A stretch of DNA of 64,000 bases, from assembly GCA_963422375.2 (NCBI GenBank), contig OY729427.2:1568001-1632000 (forward strand), in the 5' to 3' direction. The stretch is from Bryobacterales bacterium (GTDB taxonomy: Bacteria; Acidobacteriota; Terriglobia; Bryobacterales; UBA6623). This document shows, in pieces, positions 47,167 to 60,073 of the stretch. The position numbers and the translations under genes are program-made. Within the stretch, counting starts at the first letter, position 1; every line of letters starts with the position of its first letter. A model generated the notes under the pieces. It was not told where the DNA came from. It did not search any database and saw only the letters and a list, made by a program, of their open reading frames with translations.

Positions 47167-48108
47167 GCGCGGCCAGAGAAGGCGGAGCCTCTGCGCAGAG
47201 GAACGCCGTCCCGCGGGCGGCCGTCCAAGGAGTACACGTGCGGATCGGTCGGCTTTCCGCGGGCGAAAGGCGTGGCGGGCCGGTCGCTGCCGAAGGACTC
47301 CTGTCTAGGGTTACCGAACGACCGTCAGCCCCCGAGGCGGATGAACTCAGCGTCCTCCCTGCCGGTCGGCTGGCTTGGATCTCGGCCGACCAAGCCGCAT
47401 GACATACGTCCACGCCTCGTCCCTAGAGGTCCGGCCCGCGTGCGGCGCGCCTCCGTCAAGCCAGGGGTGGAGCCGCTGCATTCCTCGGCTCTGCTCGCGC
47501 GAGACCGGAACCGCCCCGTTCCTCCCCAGCACGTGCCATTGCTTCGGAGCGTCTATGGAATCGCGGTCCGAAATCGAGACGACGGGCGCGAGACCCAGCT
47601 GGCCCTCGATCTGGCCTGCCGCGATGTCGAGGGCCTGCCGCCGTGCCAGCGGGGACGTCCACCACATCCGGGACGGGTCCTCTTCCATGGAGCTGCTTCC
47701 GTACCGCCGACGCGCCGACTTGGCGAAGGAGCCAGCGATGCGCGACGAGAGCAGGCACCTGCCCAGAGGCAGGGCGCATTCCTTAGAATTCAGCGTATGG
47801 CTGAGCAACGACACGCCCGGCCTGAATCCGTCCGAGATGCCAGAGCGCCGGTCGCATTACGCCAGCTGCTCTTCCATCACTGCCTCCTGTGCGGCCCCGG
47901 CCCGCCCGCGTCCTGCGAGACCGAGCCGGACTGACCGGAACCTCGCTGCCAGCGTGGTAGGCCTAGACTCCAGTCTGGCGAAAGAGGGAAGAAGCGTTCG
48001 TGACGCGCTCGCAGGCAGGCGCTTCGACGGCAGGAGGCCCAGTCTCCCCGGGAGAGGCCTCGACGATTTCGTCCCGACACCTACAATGAAGGTCTAGCGA
48101 GGCTCCGC

Positions 48109-48477
48109 ATGTCCAGAATTGCTATCGGTTTCGGAACCGCCTTGATCCTGCTCGGGGTAGGATCGTACTTGCTTAGCGGTCAAGCTAGCCTGACCGCGCT
48201 GATCCCGGTGCCCCTGGGAATCGCGCTGATCCTGCTCGGCCTGCTGGCGCGGCGCGCTGACTCGACGAAACACGCCATGCATGCCGCCGCGGTCGTGGCG
48301 CTGGTCGGCTTCCTCGGATCGGCGAACGGCCTGCCGGCTGCAGCGCGCCTGCTGCTGGGGGGAGAGGTCGACAATCCCCTGGCCGCCGCGGCGAAGAGCC
48401 TGATAGCGGTGCTGCTGGCAGCGTTCCTCGGGCTCTGCGTCCGCTCGTTCCGGCAGGCCCGGCAGGCCCGAGCGTAG
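48109..48477 (+). CDS. Small membrane protein, about 4 TM, hypothetical
   Basis: Hydrophobic helices; SLTALIP, KHAMH, VRSF..AR motifs; GAGG RBS. Confidence 0.75.
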   Translation: MSRIAIGFGTALILLGVGSYLLSGQASLTALIPVPLGIALILLGLLARRADSTKHAMHAAAVVALVGFLGSANGLPAAARLLLGGEVDNPLAAAAKSLIAVLLAAFLGLCVRSFRQARQARA

Positions 48478-48490
48478 GAGCGGACAGGCC

Positions 48491-52082
<3,592 letters not shown>

Positions 52083-52149
52083 TTCCTAGCACCCTCTGAT
52101 CGTCCTGCGTTGTGCGTCTGTCTCCTACGACTCTTCACGTAGCGGGATT

Positions 52150-52340
52150 CGTTGTCAAGCTCCTTAGTAGTAGTAGGGTCCGTGGAATCGTGCGAAACTC
52201 GCGCAAGTCCTTTTGCGGCAAGACCTAGGCGCGCTAGCACCGTCGTGGAATACGGGCCGGGTGTTCCACGACGGTCACCGAGGTTGGAGCCTTCCACGGG
52301 TTTCCACAGGGTTTGCAGGAGCATGCAGTGGATAGACCAA
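52150..52340. other. Chromosomal origin (oriC) unwinding region between dnaA and dnaN
   Basis: DnaA-trios (TAG)x4 at 52165-76, short spacer, then a box at 52181-89; further boxes at 52244, 52262, 52290, 52300, 52327. Confidence 0.78.
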
Positions 52341-52512
52341 GTATAGCTGATCATGTCGGCCCGCGCTAGCTAGGGAGGATCCCAAGAAGCGACCGGCGGC
52401 GGGACTCGGTCGGCACGGAAGCCTCCCCCGAAGGCAGGTCCCGCGCCGGCGCGGGGAGACCGCGAGCCGCCGCCCGGTCCGGACTCCGCGCCGGGACCTG
52501 GTCCGAACGCAA

Positions 52513-53826
52513 TCAGGAGGCCTTCAACCGAGCCGTCAGGTCCTCGATCTTCGCGCTCAGTTCCCGGTCGGTCTCGATTTGGGCTTCGATCTTCTGAACG
52601 GCATGGCGTACCGTCGTATGGTGCCTGTCGAAAGCCTTCGCAACGCCGGTAAGGTTAACCTTCGCGACTGTGCGGCTCATATACATTGCAACATGGCGGG
52701 GATTCGACATGTTGGGGGAATTATGTCTTCCCATGATCTGCTGGATTGTCACTTCGTATTCCGTAGCGACTAGTTCCTGAATCTGCTTGATTTCCGTGCT
52801 GGAATCCCGCGGCTGAGGCAGGTTGCTGAGCAGGGTCCTGGCCATGTTCAGCGAGATGCGGCTGTTGATGAAGCGCGCTCGCGCGATCAGTTGGTTCAAG
52901 GCGGCCTCGAGGGCGCGGATGTTGGAGCGCAGCCGCTGGGCGATGAACATGCGCACCTCCTCCGACAGCTCGATTCCGCACTCCGCTGACTTGCGGTCGA
53001 GAATCGCCATCTTCGTCTCGAGGTCGGGAGGCTTGATGTCGACCATGAACCCGCTGGAGAATCGCGACTCGAGGCGGTTGACGAGACCCCTGATGTGCTC
53101 CGGACCGGTGTCGCTCGACATGACGATCCGTCTGCCGTCGGTGTGCAGCGCGTTGAAGGTGTGAAAGAACTCCTCCTGCGTGCCTTCCTTCGACCCGATG
53201 ATCTGGATGTCGTCGACCAGCAGCAGGTCGGCCTTGCGGAAACGCTCGTGGAACCGCGGCATACTGTTGAAACGAATGGACTTAATCATCTCGTTCATGA
53301 ATTCTTCCGCGGTCACGTAGATCACGCGAAGCGAGGGCTGGCGGCGGCTCACGTCGTTCCCGATGGCCTGCAGCAGGTGCGTCTTGCCCATGCCGACGTC
53401 GGAATGCATGTAGAGCGGGTTCATGCCGTGCGACGGGTCCTGGGCGATGGACTTCGCCGCGGCGTGGGCGAGCTCGTTGCACGAGCCCACGACGAAGCGG
53501 TCGAAGGTGTACCGGTCGTTCAGGCGCGGCGGTTCCGGGCTGAAGTCGAAGCTCTGCTGGAGTGGCGCGTTCGCGGCCCCGTCGGTGTCCTCGGCGACGT
53601 CGATGACGACGGAGCGGAAGTCCAGCCCGAGTTTCCAGGCGATTGAGCGGATCTCGGTTTGGAACTCGGACTCCAGCCAGTGCTGCGCCTCGGCGGTCGG
53701 TGCGATTAGGTGCAGGATCTGGCGGTCGGTGAGCTCGCCGATGCGGACGGGCTCGATCCAGTTGCCGAAATTCTCTTCGCTTACAGAACCGCGAATGGCG
53801 GCCTGAATCCGTTTCCAGTCATTCAT
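52513..53826 (-). CDS. dnaA: Chromosomal replication initiator DnaA
   Basis: YTFDRFVVG, VGMGKTHL, LLVDDIQ, QEEFFHTFN, HTTV; alternative TTG start at 53844. Confidence 0.97.
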   Translation of the reverse strand: MNDWKRIQAAIRGSVSEENFGNWIEPVRIGELTDRQILHLIAPTAEAQHWLESEFQTEIRSIAWKLGLDFRSVVIDVAEDTDGAANAPLQQSFDFSPEPPRLNDRYTFDRFVVGSCNELAHAAAKSIAQDPSHGMNPLYMHSDVGMGKTHLLQAIGNDVSRRQPSLRVIYVTAEEFMNEMIKSIRFNSMPRFHERFRKADLLLVDDIQIIGSKEGTQEEFFHTFNALHTDGRRIVMSSDTGPEHIRGLVNRLESRFSSGFMVDIKPPDLETKMAILDRKSAECGIELSEEVRMFIAQRLRSNIRALEAALNQLIARARFINSRISLNMARTLLSNLPQPRDSSTEIKQIQELVATEYEVTIQQIMGRHNSPNMSNPRHVAMYMSRTVAKVNLTGVAKAFDRHHTTVRHAVQKIEAQIETDRELSAKIEDLTARLKAS

Positions 53827-54434
53827 GTTCTTGTGATGGTCCAATGGCAGGGATGAGAAGATGCCGGGTCGCCGATTCCTCCACTACTGACAGCTTAGGT
53901 GTGGGGTGGGCGATGGCCGCAAGTTGCGGACACCCGATTGTAGCAGATGAAAGGGCACTGGTTCACGCTATGTCTAGCAGAGAAACATTTGGTTTCAAAT
54001 TGGTTAAGACCTGAATATACGGAGTTGTTTAAATCAAAACTAGGGACTCTTGGCTGGGTTCGATTCCCGAGTCGACACCAGCAAGCCTCCGACTCCCGCG
54101 AGGCGTCAAGCTGGTCCGCCGCGAAGTCGCGGCTGCGAGCGCCGGGACCAGGCGGGTCGGCGCGGGGCTGTCTCGTCCGAATCCGGACAGCACGCTGCCG
54201 TCCCGCTTGCGATGGCGCGGAATTGACAGTTTCTCAACCGCCGCGAGCAAGGGATTCCCGGGAAGAGACCTGCGGGCGACTTGTATGCGGACGATTCGCG
54301 CGGCGATGGGCCGGATGCGGCTAGGCCCGGCGCAGCTCCTGCCTCGGCCCCGGAGCTGGCAACTTGTTGCGGAATCAAGGCCTTCCGGCGCATGCTGCGC
54401 TTTCGACCTCAGGATGGCCGAGCCTGCGGTGCAG

Positions 54435-55292
54435 TTATCCGGGCCGTCGGTTCAGGATGCGGAAGCGTGCCTCGCGCGTCGCCGGCAGGACTTCGTTGAG
54501 GGAGCCTTGCCGATACCCGGCCAGGTCCAGCGTGACGTATTTGAAACCGAGGCCGCGAAAGATCTCCACGAATCGGTCGGCCACATTCGGGTCGAGCGCC
54601 CGGGCCAGCTCGTCGCGGCCGATCTCGATCCTGGCGAGCTCGCCGTGATGGCGGACGCGGAAGACCCGGAAGCCCATGCGTCCCAGAGCCTCCTCGCCGC
54701 GCTCGACGGTCCTAAGGTTCTCGGCAGTGACCCGAGTGCCGTAGGGAATCCGCGAGCTGAGGCACGCGGCGGCGGGGCGGTCCCACGTCGGCAGGCCCGC
54801 CGCTTTCGACAGCGCGCGAATCTCGCGCTTGGCGAGGTCGGCCTCGAGAAGCGGGGCGCGGACTGCGTGCATTCGCGCGGCGCGGTGGCCGGGACGGAAG
54901 TCGGACGTGTCGTCCTTGTTCACGCCGTAGATGATCGTGGGGATGCCGAGGTCGTCGCCGAGGTCGCTCATGCGGTTGAAGAGCTCGTCCTTGCAGTGGA
55001 AGCAGCGGTTCGTATCGTTGCGCGTGTACTCGGGGTTGTCGAACTCGGAGGTTCTGATGACGCGATGGCGGATTCCGAAGTCCTTGGCGAACCGGGCCGC
55101 GTCCAGCATGTGGGACTCCGGCATCGAGGCGGAGTCCGCCGTTACCGCCAGCGCGCCGTCGGCGAGGACGCGGCTCGCCGCCCAAGCGAGGAATGCGGAA
55201 TCCGCGCCCCCGGAATAGGCAACGAGCACCGTGCCCATGTCGGCCAGCAGCTCAAAGAGCCTCGCTTGCTTCCCTTGGAGCGCTGCGTCCAC
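54435..55292 (-). CDS. larE: LarE-family ATP-dependent sacrificial sulfur transferase
   Basis: AYSGGADS PP-loop, RCFHCK, RPG, CLSSRIPYG, GYRQGSLN. Confidence 0.9.
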   Translation of the reverse strand: MDAALQGKQARLFELLADMGTVLVAYSGGADSAFLAWAASRVLADGALAVTADSASMPESHMLDAARFAKDFGIRHRVIRTSEFDNPEYTRNDTNRCFHCKDELFNRMSDLGDDLGIPTIIYGVNKDDTSDFRPGHRAARMHAVRAPLLEADLAKREIRALSKAAGLPTWDRPAAACLSSRIPYGTRVTAENLRTVERGEEALGRMGFRVFRVRHHGELARIEIGRDELARALDPNVADRFVEIFRGLGFKYVTLDLAGYRQGSLNEVLPATREARFRILNRRPG

Positions 55293-55343
55293 GAGACGCT
55301 CATTATATACGGCGGTCGGCAGGCTGTCGCTCCGGCACCTCCC

Positions 55344-56621
55344 TCAACTCCCGAAGTACGAAGAGCCGCCTGTCAGGTGCCGTCTGCAGGCCTCCTCGTT
55401 GAGCTCGATGCCTAGCCCGGGCCTCTCGGATAGCACGTAGTGGCCCTCTTGGTAGAACGGGCCGTCGCGCTTGATGAGGTCGTCCCAGTGCTCCAGCTCC
55501 ACCGAGTCCGACTCGAGAGCGACGAAAGAGCGGATCGCGGCGCAAGCATGCGCGTTGGCCACGGTCCCTACGGGCGTGCACATGTTGTGGCATGCGAACG
55601 TGATGTAGTACTGGTCCGCCCAGTCCGCGATGCGCTTGGTCTCGAGCAGGCCCCCCGCCTTCTGAGGGTCGGGCTGCAGGATGTCGGCTGCCTGCTTCTC
55701 GATGAACGGGCGGAAGGAGTGGCGCGTGTAGAGATTCTCGCCCGTGCAGGTCGGCACGGCGCACTCGCTCGTGAAGCGGGCCATCGCGTCCGCGTTTTGC
55801 GGGGGGAGCGGATCCTCGATGAACCAGAGGTTCAGATCGTCGACCATGCGGCTGAAGGACAGCGCGTCGGCGTAGTTGTAGTTGAAGTGGAGGTCGATGC
55901 CGAGCGGATAGTGCTCGCCGAGCCTCTCGCGGACCGCCTCTAGGATCGCTCGCCACTGCTTCATCTCTAGGGACGAGATGCCGCGATTCCAGATCTCGCC
56001 GCGGTACTGGAACGGCTCGCCGCGAATCGCCCGCCCCCTGCTCTCCCAGTCCATGTCGAACTTGGTCGCGAGGAATCCGTATGCGAGCGATTTCTCCGCC
56101 TCGGCGACCCAAGCCCCCGGGTCGGGGGTCTGCGGCGACCCGGTGTCGTGGTAGATCAGGACTTTGTCGCGGAAGCGACCGCCCAGCAGCACGTACACGG
56201 GCACGCCGAGAATCTTTCCGGCCAGATCCCACAGCGCCGTCTCCAATCCGCTGATGGCGCTCGGAAGCGACCCGGTCCACGAGCCGTGACCGAGCTGGGC
56301 CTCTGCCATCTTCGTTGCCAGGTAATCTACCTGAAGCGGATCCTCCCCGCGAAGGATGTCTTCGAAGGAGCGGACGTGGCTCAGGATGCCGTCGCGGTTA
56401 TAGGATTCGCCGATGCCGAAGACGCCGGCATCGGTCTCGATTCGGACGAGGTGCGCCGGGTACTTGATGTGGACGGTCGCCGTCTTTACGGCCGTTATCT
56501 TCACCTTGCCGAGGAGGCTCTCCGCTGCGGGGTGGGCCCGTAGCACCTGCGACGCGTCGGGCGCGAACGGCCCGGCCGCGGCGCACACACCGGCTTTCAG
56601 GAACTGGCGTCGACCGAGCAT
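55344..56621 (-). CDS. Mandelate racemase/enolase-superfamily dehydratase with Tat signal
   Basis: GRRQFLK; ETALWDLAGK; KFD; DLH; EDP; GEN; HN. Confidence 0.88.
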   Translation of the reverse strand: MLGRRQFLKAGVCAAAGPFAPDASQVLRAHPAAESLLGKVKITAVKTATVHIKYPAHLVRIETDAGVFGIGESYNRDGILSHVRSFEDILRGEDPLQVDYLATKMAEAQLGHGSWTGSLPSAISGLETALWDLAGKILGVPVYVLLGGRFRDKVLIYHDTGSPQTPDPGAWVAEAEKSLAYGFLATKFDMDWESRGRAIRGEPFQYRGEIWNRGISSLEMKQWRAILEAVRERLGEHYPLGIDLHFNYNYADALSFSRMVDDLNLWFIEDPLPPQNADAMARFTSECAVPTCTGENLYTRHSFRPFIEKQAADILQPDPQKAGGLLETKRIADWADQYYITFACHNMCTPVGTVANAHACAAIRSFVALESDSVELEHWDDLIKRDGPFYQEGHYVLSERPGLGIELNEEACRRHLTGGSSYFGS

Positions 56622-56720
56622 GGCGATATCTTACTCGAACGCCGCGGCTGTCGATCTAGCCGGGCGTCGCGGCTCGCGGGAACCGACGCTGGCATTGGGA
56701 GCCGCCTCGGCCCTGCACGC

Positions 56721-57176
56721 TCAGAGCCGCTCGAGAACCGCGGCGACGTGCCCCTCCACCCTGACGTTGTCGTAGACCTCTTGGACGATTCCCTGTTCGT
56801 CGATGACGAACGTGGAGCGGACAACTCCTAGGTAGCGCTTGCCGAAGAGGCGCTTCTCGCGCCAAGCGCCGTAGGACTCCGAGATCTCGTGCCGGGGATC
56901 GCTGACTAGGGTGAAGGGAAGGCCGTGCTTCGCCTTGAACCGGTCGTGCGACCTGACGCTGTCTGGGCTGACTCCCAGGACGAGAGCGTTCTTGTCGGCG
57001 AAGCCGTTCCGGGCGTCGCGGAACTCGCGCGCTTCGGCCGAGCATCCGGCCGTGTTGTCGCGCGGATAGAAATAGAGCACGACCTTCTTGCCGCGTAAGT
57101 CGGACAGCCGCAAGCAGTTGCCGCCGTCGGTCTCGGCTGTGAAGTCGGGAGCGGGATCGCCCGGCTGCAGCTGCAT
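56721..57176 (-). CDS. bcp: BCP/PrxQ peroxiredoxin
   Basis: LYFYPRDNTAGCSAEA, GVSPD, RSTFVID; true start inferred at ATG 57176. Confidence 0.9.
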   Translation of the reverse strand: MQLQPGDPAPDFTAETDGGNCLRLSDLRGKKVVLYFYPRDNTAGCSAEAREFRDARNGFADKNALVLGVSPDSVRSHDRFKAKHGLPFTLVSDPRHEISESYGAWREKRLFGKRYLGVVRSTFVIDEQGIVQEVYDNVRVEGHVAAVLERL

Positions 57177-57594
57177 GCCGTCAGCGTAGCAGGGTGTGGT
57201 CGAGGCGACCGGATACGAGGCTGCTGTCGTTGGTCCGCGATTGCTGCTGTCATTCAGGGCCGAAGGATCCGGACAGCTGGAGTCGGCGCGAGGGTGACAA
57301 GGCACGGCATTACTGCTAGAGCTGAGCGCAAGTCCGCTTCCGGACCCTACAGAGCGAAGATATATTATCGAAAATACGAAGTATGAAGATAAACCTCCAG
57401 CTAGCGACGAAATACGGTCGGCGGATTTCGCCAGTGAAACGAAATCTGGACCGGTCATTGTGGTCAATCGAAGGGATGCAAGATCGCGATTGCCGCAGAT
57501 CACAGCCATCGCTCGGAGGCAGGCTTGCCAATGGCACGGGAGCTCGCTGCGTCGGAGCGGGCGATCAGGCGACGCCAGGAGCGAGACGACCGCC

Positions 57595-58749
57595 TCAGAT
57601 CCGGCGTCGGCCTGCCTTCCAGTCACTGGAGATGCGATTCGTCCTCCCTGCCCGCCGCGGGCTCCTCGCCGTGTTCCCTGCCCCCGTGGCAATCGGATCT
57701 CGCGCTCGCTCGCAAAGGGAGAAAAGGTGCTCGACGCGTTGGCGATCGGAACCGAAGCGGGCGCGACGGTGCAGGCGGTCCACCGCCAGGTCCAGCGCTT
57801 GGTGGGCATGCCGCAGGTTCGGCGGCATCGGGTTAGGGGCTCAGAGTTCCGCTAGCGTCGCGCCGGGGCGGGCGGCCCGGGCATGGAGGACGGCCCGTGC
57901 GAGCAGTTCCAGCGACGGAGGGTCAGCCTGCCCGCATACAATGGCGGGCGGCGTCGGGAGAGTGTTGTAGACGACGCCGACGGAATACATGTAATCGCTG
58001 TCCGTCCGCCCGGTTACCGCAGGCATCCATGCCACGTGCATCGCCGACGTGAGCAGCGCGAATTCCGCGAGGGTCGCGTCGGGCAGCAGCCGAAGCCTGT
58101 CGCATGGCATGACCGGAGGGGCCAGCCAGCTGATCGGGACGCGTTCGCGCCGTTCGGAGCGGCACCCCTAGGAAGGGGCGGCCGGCAGGACATTCACGTG
58201 AGAGAACGTCGGCGATGCGGCCAGTCTTCGGATCGGCTCGCTCTTGCTGGCCTGCCGCCAGACGCGAACGGCGTTACGCTCGCGGAACCGCGGCAGGCGG
58301 GCCAGCTCCGCTGGCGAGGCTTCAAGCAAGGCGAGAATCCAGCGGGCACCGCCGCGCAAGTATTCGTGCGCGCCCACGAAGGAGCGCAGGTATCGCGCGG
58401 CACCCGGCTCGGATTCCAGCAAGGCCCGCCTTGCGGAGTTGAATATGCATCAGCAGTTGTTGAGCTGCTTCGAGCCCGTGATCAGCTGGCGCAGCCCTTT
58501 GACTCTCCTCGCGCACGACCACGTGCGGGTCGGCCAGCGCTCCGCCGTCGAGCAGGTAAGGCGTGATCTCGGCGGAGCGGCTCTCCCGCGGCTCCCCATT
58601 CACGTCCGGGCACCAGAACAGGTGCCTGTCCCGCGGAGCGTGCTCGGCTGCGTCCAGCCCGATTTCGACGACTTGCACGTGGGCCCTGCCGCGGGCGTCG
58701 GCCCACTCGCGGGCGAAGCTGGCGGCGTCTCGTTCCACGGGAGTCTCAT
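57595..58749 (-). pseudogene. MmeI-like (Type IIL) restriction-modification enzyme pseudogene
   Basis: MRLPWNE..FAREW fused to AHVQVVEIGL..ITPYL; RWIL; SAMHVAWM..YMYS..VYN; GATLAEL*..MPPNL..AHQALD.AVD; multiple frameshifts. Confidence 0.8.
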
Positions 58750-59098
58750 CGCCGCAGTTGCCATATTTCTACGGGGGCCGGCGCGAGCCGGCAAGCGGCA
58801 CTCGAAGGAGTTCCGGCAAGAATGAATGCAGGCCGGATCCCGCCGGTCGCTCGTCGGCCGACTGCGTTCTGCGGAGCGGGTTGCGGGATATCTGGCGAAG
58901 TTCCTGTTCGACCCGCGGAAGTGGACGGAATCATCCGAGAGTGTGGAGCGTTCAATCGAAGAGTTCGGCCGAGCAATGCGCTCTCGCCGGTTGCTCGGAT
59001 CCTCGAGGGCGCCCGCTCTGGCGCCTCGCGGTCGCGAGCCGGAGAATGTCTTGGGGTGTGGCAGGTATAATCCCAATCGCCTCCGAGGCAGTCATCAA

Positions 59099-60040
59099 GT
59101 GCTGGCTGTTGTTCTTTCTCTGATTCTCCTAGCGAGCTGTTCGCCGAGCCCGCCGGTTCCCGAAGGGGCCGCAGCTTTGGAAGTCGCCGAGCAGGACGGC
59201 GGGTACATGTTCCGGGAGTCGGGTAGCCCGGTGCTCTTCTATCGGCTCGAGCCGAAATCGCTGGACGGTGCCTACGAGCGGTCGAACTACGTCCACCCGC
59301 TGTACGGCTTGGACGGCGAGGTGCTAACCGAGGACTTTCCCCGTGACCACCGGCACCACCGAGGAGTGTATTGGACGTGGCACCAAGTGCTGGTCGGAGA
59401 CGTGCGTGCCGGCGATCCTTGGCTGGCCCAGCGATTCTCGTGGCAGGTGCAGGAGCAAGGGATGCTCCCGGCCGGAAACGGGCTGTTTCTCAGGCATCGC
59501 TGGTTCTCTCCCGATTTCCTTCATGGGCGGGAGCCGATCCTCGAAGAGACCGCCGAAGTCGTGGTGCATCCCGCGGAGGGGGACCGGCGTGCGATCGACT
59601 TCGACATCCGCCTCGTTCCCTTGCAGGACGGCGTGCGCTTGGGAGGTTCCGAGGATGACAAGGGCTACGGAGGGTTCTCCGTTCGCGTCGCGATGCGTCC
59701 TGACTTGGAATTCGTCGGTGCCGGTGGCGCGATCATGCCTGACCGGCGCGCGCTCGAAGCGGGCAACTGGGTCGATTTCTCGGCCGACTTTGCCGGATCC
59801 GGCAGTCCGAGCGGGGTGGCTGTGCTGGTGCATCCCGTCTCCGCGGGCTACCCCCAGCGGTGGATCCTGCGGTCGCCGACCACGCCTAGCATGCAAAACC
59901 CCGTCTGGCCCGGGCCGGACGCCGTGGCCCTGAAGCGCGGCGAGGCGACCCGCCTGCGCTACAGGCTCGTCGTCCACCGCGGAAACGCTTCGAGCTTGGC
60001 CTTGGACGCCCTGTGGGAGGAATTCGCGGCCATGCCTTGA
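59099..60040 (+). CDS. DUF6807/PmoA-like family lipoprotein (not a methane monooxygenase)
   Basis: LASC lipobox; YVHPLY..LTEDFPRDHRHHRG; KGYGGFSVR; LRYRLVVH. Confidence 0.75.
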   Translation: MLAVVLSLILLASCSPSPPVPEGAAALEVAEQDGGYMFRESGSPVLFYRLEPKSLDGAYERSNYVHPLYGLDGEVLTEDFPRDHRHHRGVYWTWHQVLVGDVRAGDPWLAQRFSWQVQEQGMLPAGNGLFLRHRWFSPDFLHGREPILEETAEVVVHPAEGDRRAIDFDIRLVPLQDGVRLGGSEDDKGYGGFSVRVAMRPDLEFVGAGGAIMPDRRALEAGNWVDFSADFAGSGSPSGVAVLVHPVSAGYPQRWILRSPTTPSMQNPVWPGPDAVALKRGEATRLRYRLVVHRGNASSLALDALWEEFAAMP

Positions 60041-60073
60041 GAGCGTGGCCGAGCTTCCGCGCCACCGCCGCCG

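Noticed and set aside
47200..48097. About 900-bp gap after leuB with overlapping 220-240 aa ORFs
   Set aside because: No recognisable family; probably a decayed gene but unsupported.
59099..60040. PmoA label implying methane oxidation
   Set aside because: Soluble DUF6807-type lipoprotein; no pmoB or pmoC and no multi-TM topology.
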